In this document: positions 1 to 12,856 of the stretch, piece after piece
Layout: each line of letters starts with the position of its first letter
Numbering within the stretch: position 1 is the first letter of the stretch
From: Nageia nagi
Taxonomy: Eukaryota; Plantae; Pinophyta
NCBI GenBank assembly: GCA_050084985.1
Contig: JBITNC010000001.1
Span: 16,368,001-16,432,000 of the forward strand
DNA: 64,000 nucleotides
Direction of reading: 5' to 3'
Program-made: the position numbers and the translations under genes
The notes under the pieces: model-generated
The model's input: the letters and a program-made list of their open reading frames with translations, nothing else
What the model was told of the DNA's origin: nothing
Database searches by the model: none

Positions 1-49
1 GCAATTTTATTACTAGAGCATCTCTTATGGTATTTAAATATTGGTATTT

Positions 50-1560
50 TTATGTAAAAATGAGGCCATTATTTGGTCTCTTTAGTAAACTCACACATTC
101 ACCAATAGATATATAGTATGTGATCAATACCTTCATGAAGTTGTGGAAATCACGATACTTGAATCCTATCATTTTACCATTATTAGTGAATGCTCTTCTT
201 AGAGATGATCCATGATCAATTGGTGTTCTAATGGTTTGAACAACTAGATGTAACTTCTCCACTTCATCTTTTTTCATAATCAATATGGGATCAAGTACAT
301 TTGACATTCCATCTTCATTTTGGCCTATCCATAAGCGAGGCTTTGTCCTAATTTATTTTAATTCATTTCTCACAAATTTACCATCTAAGTCTTTGGTTGT
401 TGTATACCAATACAAAGAAGATACAACATTCTTTACAATATGCAAATGATCCATCAAATATGCCACTAACAAGTTCTTCAAGTAGGGAAGTCTATAAAAT
501 ATTGATATCCTTTTCATGCTTGCAAACATGTATAAAATTAATTATAGTATTATCAGTAAAATAATGAAATTGAAATATTACAAATGTGCATATTTTCTCT
601 AAAAATAATCTCATCATTAGGTAGGTCATTTTTGCCAACAATAATATCATCATCTGAGCCTACGATAGTACCTTTCTCACATTATGTTTATCTAACTTCT
701 TCAACTTTTTATTGGTACTTTATCAACCAATCCATAAGAGTTGCGTAACGAGGAATGGAGGTGTTATCTTTTTTACCATAAATTTTATTTATTCAAATTT
801 TATTTTTTGTTGGTAAATATTTTCTATGGCCAAGGTATTCCATCTTCTTCAAATGAGTCAAATATATTGCTATGAGATTTTCTACACACTATGAACAAGC
901 ATAATAACCTTTTTGTTTGAATGCCTATAATAATTTTTATTAGAGAATGCACAACTAATCATATGGTAAAAGAAAAATAAATAATATATATTTTCAATGT
1001 TAAATTAATATGCACTAATAATAAATATTGTATATATGAATACTTGAACAAAGAATAAGCCTTGGATAATCATGCATAGTCCAACACAATATGTCATATA
1101 ATTTGAATGACCTATGATGGATAGGTCTAGATATATCAGTTATCTGAATTCCTTCTTATAATAGCATCAATTAATCAATTATAAGTTCAAGGTAGACATC
1201 CATATTTTTCACTTGATGCTTTTCAGAGACTATAAGAGCCTACATCAAATGCTCTTTTCTTATAGACATCCATGGAGGTATGTTATAATTGATTATAACA
1301 ATAGGACAACATGAATATATATATATATTATATATATTGCCTAAATGGATTGATACCATCCATTGCTAAACCTAATATGATACACCTAGGTTCAACTTGA
1401 AATTTATCGGGCCACTTTTCCTCTATATGTTTAATTGCTTAAAAAATCCTTGTTGTAACCATGAATTGCATACTCACTAATCATTGTAGTCCATGCAACT
1501 TTGTTTGCATCATGCATCTTATAAAATAATTCTTGGGCCTTGTGTATTATTCCATATTTT
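50..1560 (-). mobile_element. Degenerate CACTA (En/Spm) TnpD-like transposase fragment, apparently with introns
   Basis: Minus strand reads LGLAMDGINPF (~1338-1373, cf. the CACTA DGFNPF motif), HDYP (~1062-1073), and GKMIGFKYRDFHNFMKV in ORF 50-307 (cf. GLKSHDCH). There are many stops and no TIR is seen; boundaries are approximate. Confidence 0.8.
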
Positions 1561-1849
1561 GCATACATTAAGGCTATACAAACCATTATGGAAGTCATTG
1601 CATACTTGAAGGTTGTTCACAACTCCAATAATAATTCTGGGGGAATCTTTAAGAACCCAAACACAATTGCCAAATTTTCACTATGTTGGTAGAGAAGTAA
1701 TTCTCTATCATCAACCTTCGCATCATGCAACACATGTATTATGTTTGAAATATATCTTGCTGCCTTCATCTCACTCAATTATTTCTCCAATTTTTCATAG
1801 ATCTCCCATGTTTTGGATGTAATCTATCTCCTACAAGAAAAGCATGTAC

Positions 1850-3648
1850 CCTTTTGTCAACTTCAACCAACTACATCACATCCAAATATCTTCCTGATTT
1901 CTCTATCTTACATGAATATCCTTACTCTTTGGACATCATCCCAACTTCCCACTTCCACATAAATATTCAAAAGAAGAACATAAGATGGAGCATATTTAGG
2001 CTCCAACAAAAATAATAATTTTGCCATAAATTCTTGTTGGAATTAGAACTCAATCAAAGACAATTCGAGTTGAAGATTAAACCAATTAAAGATCTATTAT
2101 GAGCTATTTTCAAGCTCAATCCTCAAACATGCCCTAGGAGAGGGACATTTTAGGATTCCAACCTTCAAACTAGCCAAGTAAATCTAAAATTGCACAAGTA
2201 TTCTAATATCTAGCTAGAATTGATAAATTTGATTAATGCACTCACAAACCCAAAATCCAAGTAGAGAAGCATAAACAAGTATTAAAATACAAAAATGTAC
2301 TTCATATCCAACATCCAAATTATGAAGGAATTAACAAATTCAAAAATGCCAAAAACCTCTCTAGTTGCAACATCCTAGTTAGGGAGCAAGAATACACCGA
2401 ACAAGCGAATAATTCACCCAATATTCCAACATAACAAATAAGGAGTAAAAATAGTAAGTAAATAATGTAAACTTCACCCAAGATTCAACATCCCATTTTG
2501 GGAGAACAATTGATGTTCGAACAATCCAAAAAGTACTCCACAATCCAATATTCAACCAAAGAGAGATAATCAATAGTATTGCAACAACATAATGTAATTG
2601 TGTTCTAATATAGCAAGAGAAGATTAATTACAATATTTTTGTCTACCAATGGATTTTGTACTAGGACTATCTCTTATTGGGTTATTTCTAATGGCTCAAG
2701 GGGCCTCACCAATCCCAGAAGCAAGACCAAATATGTTTTACAATAACTATGATGGAACCAATAACATTCCTCTCAAGATGGCTAGAATAAGTTTGAAGGT
2801 AGCCTTCTCTTCCTCTAATACCTCAATTGCAAGTCATCCCACAAGTGGCAAATATAAAGCCTCCACTCAATACATAATAAAAGGGTTTATAATCAAATTC
2901 AACATATCTCTGAATGAATATGAGTTCTCCTTTTATAAGTAATGATGATCATCTTCTAATCTTGCTTTGGGATGATCCAACGAGGGAGAGATGTGATCCA
3001 TGTGCTCCTATATGCAATGATCAATATGGGAGACCTTGGGGATAAATGTAATCACATTTGATGTCCTAGAAAAGCCAACATCCAAGAGTGGGTGATTTTG
3101 AAGTGACTTGTGATCAATGCCATTGGTCCATGTACCTAAGTAGCTAGTGTGGGGTCTTTGGATCCTCCAAAGCCCAATGTCCATGTTCTAAGACCATTCA
3201 CTTCCATTGAGATTTCCAACACTTAGTTTGAAGTACTAGGTTCACCCTTGGAGCTATAAATATCTTCATAGTTAGTTCAATCACTAGGAGGATGATCTAC
3301 CTCGAAGAGGGATCACTAATGATTAGAGATACATTTAATGCTAATCCTACAATCATCAAGGCTAAAATATGCAATGCCTCATTCATTGAGACTAATATTG
3401 CATTTACATTAATAGTTTCCTTGGTATCACAAATACATCATTAATTCACATTTTGGCAAATAAATAAAAATAATTAAATAAATAAAATGACCATTTATTT
3501 CATAATTAAAGCATTGTTGAGTCTTTAAGTGAAATTTACATCATTTTGATCAAATTATATGAAAATTGATAAAAATAATCCTAAATTAATGTTTCCAATT
3601 ATTAAAGGTGAAATGAAAAAAAACACCTAAAAAATGGGGACATTACAA
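1850..3648 (-). mobile_element. LTR retrotransposon relic (non-coding)
   Basis: Minus strand begins TGTAATGTCCCC at ~3648, an LTR-like start. A PPT/LTR-like junction CTTGAGAGGAA-TGTTA lies at ~2762-2777. No partner LTR or TSD was found. Confidence 0.3.
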
Positions 3649-4157
3649 GATCTACTAGATTTGCAAAAATAGATCGTTAAATTTTAATAAGGCATAACCT
3701 TGTGTAATTAGAATCCAATTGAGTTGATTCTTTTTACATTGGATAATTATTGAAGATACCTTTCCAATGAGTATATGCATGCCTACATTTCTTTAAGCTT
3801 TGACCATCATATTGGGCATTATATGATAAGCTATCCAATCTACTTCCCCTCACACTAGGTGCATTGTGCCTAGCAACCTATGCACCAAATGCACTACACC
3901 TAGAAATTAGTGTATCAAGCATATTGTGCCCACACTAGGTGCATTGTACCTTGCCCCTTTTTACAAGGTGTACTACACCTGTAAAGAAATGAGACACCTT
4001 ATCTCCATAGTATTACCATATATTGAGGAATGGATAGCTATATATAAGAAAGACAGATGGAAGGATCAAATTTGAAGCCCAGGGTGGTAGCTTGGGAATC
4101 ATGATATAGAGAGAGGAACACTCATAACTATTCAACATTTTGACTGCATGTGGAGAA

Positions 4158-5600
4158 TATGATGGGTCAGAAGCAGCTTGAACCAGCTACCGAAGATGAG
4201 ATTAGACAAGACCAAATTGTATGATGCATCCTATGTAATGGGGGCATAAAAGGATTTTTGTATGCTCTAAATGACCATAACCCCAATTGGTCAAGATAAG
4301 TTGCAGAGACATGGAATGGGGTAGAGTTGTGGTAGATGGGTGTCACTTTTCAATCAGTCTTGAATTGATTGAAGCAAATATGGGTATGATCAATTCTAAC
4401 TATAAGAAAATAAGGAATATGCAAACATCAATCTCTAAAGTGTAGGCTTTCTATGGGAAGGGGGTGCCTCTACTGAAGATAAGGAAATCAGCCTACCCAA
4501 TCACCTTAATACAATACCCTTGGGATGAGGTGGTGAAGGTAATTGTTAAATTGTTTACTATGGAGGGTAGATATTTTGAACATTTCAAGATCCATTTTAT
4601 TTTATTAAATAATTTCAAAGGAGTGTATTAAATCAATCTTTCCTACTTTATATATAATTTACTGGATATATACATTAGAAAAATAGGGGAGGGATGCTAG
4701 TTCATCAAGGTTTAATCAAGATTCTTATGGATTATGAGCGCATTAGTGCAAGAAGGATGAGGCCTCTGATACAATAGATTTTAGAACCTCCTCCATTAGA
4801 CCCATCAACCATAGAATCTTCTAGCAACAGCTCAAGACTATGACTTCCTCAAATAGTGAAGCCTATCAAACCATTGATAATTGTTGTCTCTTAAGACTTG
4901 GAGGAATCTTTAGTAGAAGATGGAGATACTGAATCTACCTCAAGAAAAAGAGGTAAATTTATGGTGGATTCTGAATATGAAAATGAAGAGGAGGAGGATG
5001 AGTAATTTTCCCCCAATAAGTAACTCAATTATTTTCTCTAGCAATGGAGGAAATGGATATTGAAGGTAATTCTCCTATGGGCTCCCAAAGCTGGAAAAAT
5101 GAGGTTGCTAATGAAAATATCTAGGCTCCACCAGAGCAACAAATTCCTCATATGGATAGCTCCAAGAAGGACTCTGAAGGCCCAAGCAAGCTGATGACTC
5201 TTATTTCAAAGATGAAATTTAGAAAATCTACAGGAAGCAAAGGTATTTTGAAGAATGGGGATGAATTGGACAATGGGGAAGAGAATGGAGGAATGTAAGA
5301 TTGGTTATATAGGCAATGAAATCCATTCAATACCTATGATACAACAAATAGAATCTAGGTGGGGATCAATGGAAGGTAACTCTAGCCTCCACATAGAAAG
5401 AAATCCTTACAACTATCCCAATCCAACATTCATAAGGACTATCTATAATGGAAATTGACCTACTTTGGGATTGATTTAACAAGAAAGACTCAAACTTTGA
5501 GGTAGATTGGAGCTTAGTGGTTCAACTAGTGTAAGGATGGTGTGACCAGAAACCAACAAAGAAAGGAAGATGCCCATAGGATTTTGTTGAAACTACGGGG
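4158..5600 (+). pseudogene. Degenerate transposon-associated ORF (putative plant transposon protein type) with acidic C-terminal half
   Basis: Broken frames read MMGQKQLEPATEDEIR..GGIKGFL..W..VAETWNG..ISLELI..YPWDEVVKVIVKLFTMEGRY..FYLLNNF. An E/D-rich tract follows (~4900-5000), and an A-run lies at ~5719-5728. Multiple stops. Confidence 0.45.
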
Positions 5601-5744
5601 AACTTTTGTGATAGTTTTTTTGAATCATATATAATACCATATAATATCTATACACTCATGTACATACAAGTTTTGGTGTCCTATCTTTTGGAAAACTCAT
5701 TGTAATTTTTTACCTTTATAAAAAAAAAGCAAGAAATAAAGGTC

Positions 5745-6600
5745 ACATATGCAATGCTATAGCCTTTGCAATAATCTTCTAGCTAACATTCAATAATGTA
5801 ATTGGTATCTAATTGGTAATAATATTTGGATGCCCCCCTTCTTGGGGATAAATTTGATATTACATCTATTAATAATTTCCCTAAGAGATCCACATTTGAG
5901 AGCTTTAAGATACATCCTATACACATCAGAACCAACAACATTGCAACATACTTTGTAAAATTCAAAAGGGAATCCATCCAATCCTGGAGCCTTCTCATAA
6001 GCCATATGGGAAAGAACATTAGCCAACTTATCAAGAGTTAACAATTTATAATATTGCTCTCTTTTGGAGTAAGAGAGTTTAAAAGGAACAACATCTAAAC
6101 ACATACGAAGAGCCCAAATTCTTTTGTCAATATACTCTTTAACAACAGAAACTTGAGTATAATGCTTCACAAAACTTAGGAAATCTCAAAGAGAGAAGAG
6201 AGTCTAACTCCATTATCATAAATGGTCTTGAATTAAGTGGAAATCTTGGGAGGTCTAAGCCTTTGAAAGAATTCTTTAGACACTCTATCACCAATATTTA
6301 ACCAATGCAATCTTGGCTTAATTTGAACACCTTTCACTTCATATAACTCTATAATTTTGAGCTCTTGGCGAATTCAGGTAGCTTGATCTTATAGAAAAAG
6401 GTTAAGGGGATTGGATTCTAATTGAACAATAATAAATGTATTTTGTCATTGTACACCTTGGGGGTAAACTTCCAAGGTTATTTATTCATAATTGGGACCA
6501 TCGTTCTTCCTCACATCTACAACCTCATCAAACAATAAGATCTTGACTTGAGTTGAAGTCATTAAAAAGGAAAGTAACACCACCCAAGGCGAATTAAATG
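5745..6600 (-). mobile_element. L1-like LINE ORF2 fragment (endonuclease-RT linker and start of reverse transcriptase)
   Basis: LHWLNIGDRVSKEFF, KAPGLDGFPFEFYK, IKFIPKKG and (frameshifted) PITLLNVS*KIIAKAIA are typical plant L1 RT N-terminal motifs. Confidence 0.85.
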
Positions 6601-6990
6601 CAGAAAGGACAACATATCAGAGTGCAATATTTCCTGCACACATATAAGTACTGGTGTGATGATGTGAAAAAATAAAAACTAGGCTACAATACATGCATTC
6701 TTTGGCTCCTCTCTAGAACAACTTTATAACATAATTACATATTTCATTAAAATAATAATAATAATAATAATTACAATTTAAAAAATAATTAAAAAATATT
6801 TAAAAATAATAATAATAATACTAATAATCTACGACATATGCATTATACAAGGTTTCAATAGCTAATTCTAAATGCAATGTGACCTTTCATAATTCAAGTT
6901 TTCAACAAATACAAAACTATGTAAAATCGACTATAAAAAAATAAATTATTTATCTTATAAAATGCACATAGAACTATTCTAAAGGGATTT

Positions 6991-6999
6991 AAACCCTAA
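6991..6999 (+). promoter_or_regulatory. Telo-box (AAACCCTAA) upstream of SAS10-like ATG
   Basis: Exact AAACCCTAA ~170 bp upstream of ATG 7168. Telo-boxes are typical of plant ribosome-biogenesis gene promoters. Confidence 0.6.
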
Positions 7000-7167
7000 A
7001 CCTCTTGTATACTTCACCTCATAAAATATGCACAATCCTCGCTAATCTCATCCTACTCACCATTGAAATTCCAGCAAACCATAACCTAGAGCCTCTTCAT
7101 CACTTTCTTTTTAAACTTGTTTTTGAAACATCATTTGATTTATGCTCTTTACTGCCTACTTTCAGCA

Positions 7168-8906
7168 ATGGGAAGAGGAAAGCAGATGCAGAGGAAGTCA
7201 TTCATGAAAGAAGTAGCAACAATAAAAAAGAACAATGGATCTCATGGTAAAAACACCAACTTCATAGAGGCAGACATGGATGACGAAATCGACATCTGTA
7301 AGTTTAAACCATAACGTTGAATACTATACTTTAAGTTATATATATATATATATATAAAAGGACATCTTGAAGCTATTTGGAAAACTCTAGAATCTAGTGT
7401 ACAAAACAGCAGTGTACATGAAGTTATGTTTTATCAATTTGTCTTTATATTGCAATGTCAAAGATTTGAGTCTTCAGGATTAGGGTGCAATGCAAAACTT
7501 GTTTTGGGATTTTTTAGTTACTGATAATAGTGAAGCTTCCCAGTTAATAACTGTCATTTTCATTGTATATATAAATTATCTCTTTTTGTGACTACCCAAA
7601 CATATTTGTTCCCATATACCATAACATTAACTCTGGGAAGCCATTTTAGTATCACGTTGTTGGTTATTCTGTTCTTTTAATAGTATATGGAAAGAGACGC
7701 GATAAGCACATTGATTTAATTTTTGTGTTTGGTTTTTTTTGCAGTTCACAAGCAGCGGGGGAAGGTTCCTTTAGACTTGAATTATGATGAGGGTAGGGTT
7801 TATTTTATCCTTATGTTGTTAGAATAAAATTTTAACGTAGTATATTGTGCAATTTCAAGCTGCTCGAATAACATGTGAACACTATGCAAATGCATATGAT
7901 GAAGAAATGGAGCAACCAATCTTTGATGTCCAGGTGTGAATGCATTGCTAGTGCACAAAACTATCATACTCATAGAAACAAATGATAATTGGATTTTTAA
8001 AATGTCCAAGGAAGAGATGAAAAATACTAGCAATCACATATAATAAACACTTGTGATGGATAATGAAATATTTGAATTCTTTTAACTTTTCATTATTCAT
8101 GGTGAAGGTTTAGTATAAATTCAAATGAATTTGTTGTGTGTAACCTCTAACTGATTTCTATAATGAGGTTTACATGGTATTATGAGATGATACTTGTTTA
8201 CTAGTATATATGGTCACAGGGGAAAATCAACTAGGATTTGGAAGAATTAGTAAATTTCCTCCTACTCTGCATTTTCTTTTACAACATATTCATCAATCCA
8301 AAAGCATAGACTCATACTTTATATATCATATGTCATATGTGCTACTAAATTGCTTGTTGGATTTTTCACTCTTTTCTTCTTCATTCTCATAGTATATGTA
8401 ACTCATTCCATTTTGAGGAGACAAAATACTATGAGTAGATATTATTTGAGTAATTTCTAATGCTTTCTTGTATATTAGATGAGAGGACATTCATTTCATT
8501 TCTTTGTTTTTTACAGGAAAGTGATGATAAAGAACAACTTACTGGTCTTGCTGCAAAAAGTAAGGAAATTTTGTATATTTATTTGAGGTGTTAGTTATAA
8601 ATTTTGATTTTGGTGTACTTCTTTGTCCTTGAATCAAGATGCATACATTAAATTTCTTCACAAAGATTATAGGATTTATTTCTGGGAAGTATTTGACCCT
8701 TAAATCAACACCTTTAACTGTATATAATAAAATTTGTGTGGTAATTAAACACTTATGTGAAATACTATAACATTGCTCTAGATATTAAATTTATAATTTC
8801 ACTCTGTATGTTTTTTCTGAGAGGTTTCTAGACAATGCAACCTTTAGATATTATCCATTAATAGTTTATTTACTCATTTTTTAACTACCACACAAAATAG
8901 ATGGGC

Positions 8907-8973
<67 letters not shown>

Positions 8974-9847
8974 TTATGCTTTGGTATTGTTTGGTTTCCT
9001 CTTTATTTATCTAAACATATATATAATTGTCAATGCATTGACCTTATGTTTTAGTTGAAGTAGACCTTTAGCAAAGCATGCAAGCATATGTTATCATTAT
9101 TATATTTGCAGATAACTTTTTGTTTCAAGTTGATACTTTGAATGTTTTAAATATGTTGATGTTCCTTGAATAGTTGCAAATCAAGCCAAGTTTTTAACGT
9201 AGAAGGCAGGTGGTGTCGAGGATGAGATGGAAGAAGAAGTGGTTGAAGAGGAGAAAGAGCAGAAGGTAGTATGGGGAAAAGGAAAAAAGTCATACTATGA
9301 TGCTGATAATGTTGATTTTGAGGTGGGATGAATAGAAAAATCATCAAGAACAAATTGGAATCTAGTGTATGACTATTGGGGCCTTTAAGATATTTTACAG
9401 CTTGTATGCATTGCTAATGTATCTTATACACCATTATTTGTCATTTAGCTACAATCTAGTGATGAAGAATTACCAGCAGAGGAAGAAGCTCAAGTGTTGA
9501 GACTACAAAGAAAAAAGGCAAAATCGCTTTGACCTGAGTACTTTGGTCTAGATGAGGATGAAGAAGATGAAAGTGAGGCTGATTCATATGTTCATGAAGA
9601 AACATTGCAAGTGAGTTGGAAGTTTCTTTATATGTTATAACTTATATATCTTGATTATATTGTTATTATTATCTTACATCTTTTATTGCCTTTGTGATTA
9701 GGAAGTTGTAAAATGATATGAGAGCAGGCTTGGGAAGAAGAAGTTGAAAAAAATCTCACATATCGATCTTGCCAACAAGTTGATGATGATAAAGTTGTGA
9801 CATTTAAGGAAGTCAAGAAGGACATCAATGCCTTATCAAAAGAAAAA
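7168..9847 (+). pseudogene. SAS10: SAS10/UTP3 (THAL-like SSU processome protein) pseudogene, 5' exons only
   Basis: GT-AG exons at 7168-7297, 7745-7792, 8517-8559, 9174-9322, 9449-9610 and 9702-~9847. They give MGRGK..DMDDEIDIFHKQRGKVPLD..LTGLAAK..VWGKGKKSYYDADNVDFELQSSDEELPAEEEAQVLRLQ..KEVKKDINALSKE. In-frame stops at 9200, 9530 and 9714, a frameshift in the last exon and an exon 2/3 phase mismatch; truncated at ~9847. Confidence 0.88.
8912..8969. repeat. (AT)n microsatellite in SAS10 intron
   Basis: Uninterrupted ATATAT run of ~58 bp. Confidence 0.95.
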
Positions 9848-9849
9848 TA

Positions 9850-10642
9850 TTAATATGGCCAATGCACAAACATTGACTAGATCATCCACATAGAGGGCCT
9901 CTAAGTTCACCTTTCCAATTCCTCCAAGATTCATCTTCCAAGATCTTGTCAAGAAAGGACTATTGAAGCCTTTAAATAGGAGAGTATAAGATGACAACAT
10001 GGATTTTGATAATCAAAATTTCTATTATTCTTATCACCAAAAGAGGGATCATTCTACAAATAAATGCAAACCATCAAAGGATGCAATCTTGGATTTGATT
10101 GCACAAGGAAAGTATAAAGTGAAGGACACAAGAGAGGCTTCCAATTAGAAATAAACCAACATTATTCAGTAGATGAAGACATATGTGCAAGGGCCACCCA
10201 ATATCAATACCCAATCCTATCACAATCGAGCAAGTAAGTCTTCCACCTGATCCTAATTCATACAATATGAAAGAATAGTTAAAAAATACTCAAGTAAAAA
10301 TAGTTTGTGTGAGCTTATTAGTATTTTTGATCCACATAGGAAGATATTGTATGATGTGTTCAAAAAATAAAAGGTTTCTAGTAACAATTCTATTATCACT
10401 TTCCAAGAAAATATAGTCCCTTCAAGATTTTCATTCCACCACTTTTGATGATAAAGAGTTACCTAAAAAGGAAATCATTGATGAGTACTTAGCTCTCTTT
10501 ATCACACCTGGGATTGAGGGACATGAAATTAAGAGATTTATGGTAGATCCCAGATCAGGTGTTAATATTTGCTCATAAATAGTTTTGCAAGATCTAGAAA
10601 AGAATGGCCTTAAAATCCCACCCATATATGAGACCACCCTTT
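9850..10642 (+). mobile_element. Tat-type Ty3/gypsy relic, part 1 (gag end and start of protease)
   Basis: YYSYHQKRDHSTNKCK..AILDLIAQGK (Tat-like Cys/His box) at ~10020-10110, and MVDPRSGVNICS (degenerate protease active site) at ~10540. The protease resumes at 31653. Confidence 0.75.
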
Positions 10643-11184
10643 TGATGGAATATGAATTCTCATACACCCAAGATCACCTTGAAGATATATTATACTTCTA
10701 AGAAACATCTCAATAATACTTTCATTAACTCAATCACACACACAAGAGAGACATGGATGTATATTCATTCCTCTCTATCAAGAGACTATTCCACTTTAAG
10801 CCTAATTCTATTACTTGTCAATATTACAAGACTCTCTTACAATGCTACATTAAGATTCTCTCCTCCTATCCTTCTTCACACTAAGAGCATTACAATGATT
10901 CAAACTAGAGTAAATAATGCTTGAGGAGAGGTCTTAATTTATAGGGAAAAATCCCACTTTGGCTCACCCTTTTACCCAAGGGGAATGCCCTTATCCAAAG
11001 GATAAGAATAGTCACATGTGGTACAATTTGCAATATTTAATTCACTAAATACTTAAAAGGTATCTAGGAATACTTTTAAGTATCTAGTGGATTAAATAGA
11101 TAATTGCATAAGGATAAGTAATATTATTATTTAGATAACTTTCTAAAGAATCATTTATACAGTAGTGCATTACTAGTTCTAACA
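10643..11184 (-). repeat. 3' LTR of Copia A
   Basis: Direct repeat of 31111-31652, adjacent to the PPT (CTCCCCCTT on +). Confidence 0.9.
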
Positions 11185-12856
11185 CTCCCCCTTAATGCAA
11201 TATTATGTAGAGAGAAGAGAAGATAGAAGAAAAGTGAAAGAGAGTACACCTTCATAAGAAATACAATTGGAGATGAGAACTTGACATCTTGAGAAGTAAT
11301 ACAATCTAGTCAAGGCTCAACTACATAACCATTTAAACAAACGGTTTATGATTCACTAGTCATCAACCATAAATGGTTTCAATGAACAAGTAGTAGCCAT
11401 TAAATAATATGTTGACATGTTGAGCCTCCATGAACTTGCATACTTGAAGTAAGTAACCTGCAATTTCTTAGAAGAAACCTACAAGCTATAAGAAGCTCAT
11501 AAATAAGATCAATTAGTTGCATCATATATTCATTCATATCAACATAAGATAAATGAACCAAATAATATTATCCATAAACTGATCAAAAAGTTCATTATAA
11601 ATCATCATAAAGATACCAAGAAAAACATATGTTGATCAAAGCATATGATAACTTAAAGAAAATGAATATACTAGTTCTTCTCATATGGATAACTAAACAG
11701 TACCCATGCACATACTATTTCTTCACATATGAATAGCTAAATAGTGCCTATAATAATTCATAATATACTCTAAAGTGTACAAACAAATTTATCACAGATG
11801 AATAACTAAAGTAAAGTACACAAAAAAGTTCCTCAAATATGAAGGACTAAGAATAAAAAGTACAAAGGTCAACACTTATACAACAAAAAACTCCTCCTAA
11901 GGGTGAATTTGGCATCACAAACATGAATTCAACAAGAATTCAAACTTCACTCCCCCTTGATGGCAACTTCACCAACATAATCGACTCTCTAAGCTTGCAG
12001 TACTAAGCTTCTAGGAGAGGTATGGTGAACAAATTGGTAGAGTTTAAGTTAGATGGACAATAGTGAAGCCGTAGAGTGCCATCTACAACTTTTTCCCTAA
12101 TAAAATAAGCTTGGATTTTCACATGATTTATTTATTTTTATGGTAAATAGGATTCTTAGATAAAGCAATGGTTGACTGATTATCTAAAAAAATTTGAGTA
12201 AGCCCTAACTATTCAAATCCAATTTCCTTCAAAATATTCATGAGCCAAATAACATCCTGAGTTGTAATTTTCATAGTTGTATATTCTACCTTTGTGGTAG
12301 ATAGAGTGATGGTAGACAAAGAGATGATACCTGAACTAATGCTAAACATATAACCATAAATGAATTTCTTATCATCTTTGTCTCTCGCATAGTCAGAATC
12401 TAAGAATCCTAAAAGAGCAAAGGTAACTTAGTATATTTGAGGGCAAGATCTTTAGTGCTTATAATATACCTTAAGATTGTATTAACCATAGAAAGATGCT
12501 TATCATAAGGTTTCTGCATAAACTTTGCTATCAGATTAATTGCATAGACAATATTTTTCCCAAAGATAGTAAAATACAAAATATTTTCATAAGTTATTTG
12601 TATGTTGTAACATCTGTCAATTGAGAGTTAGATTCGAGCTCTAGCTTGGTTCTAGGAGGAATAGGGACAGCCAAAGGCTTACACTCTTCTATTCCAAATT
12701 TTTCTAGAATTTTTGAGATGTAATTGGATTGATTGAGATAGGTACAATCCTTATATTGATACACTTGCATACCAAGATAGTAATGCAAGAGAACAAAGTT
12801 AGTTATCTCATATTCTAACTAAGTTTGGTTATGTAGTCATTGATGATTATCATATT

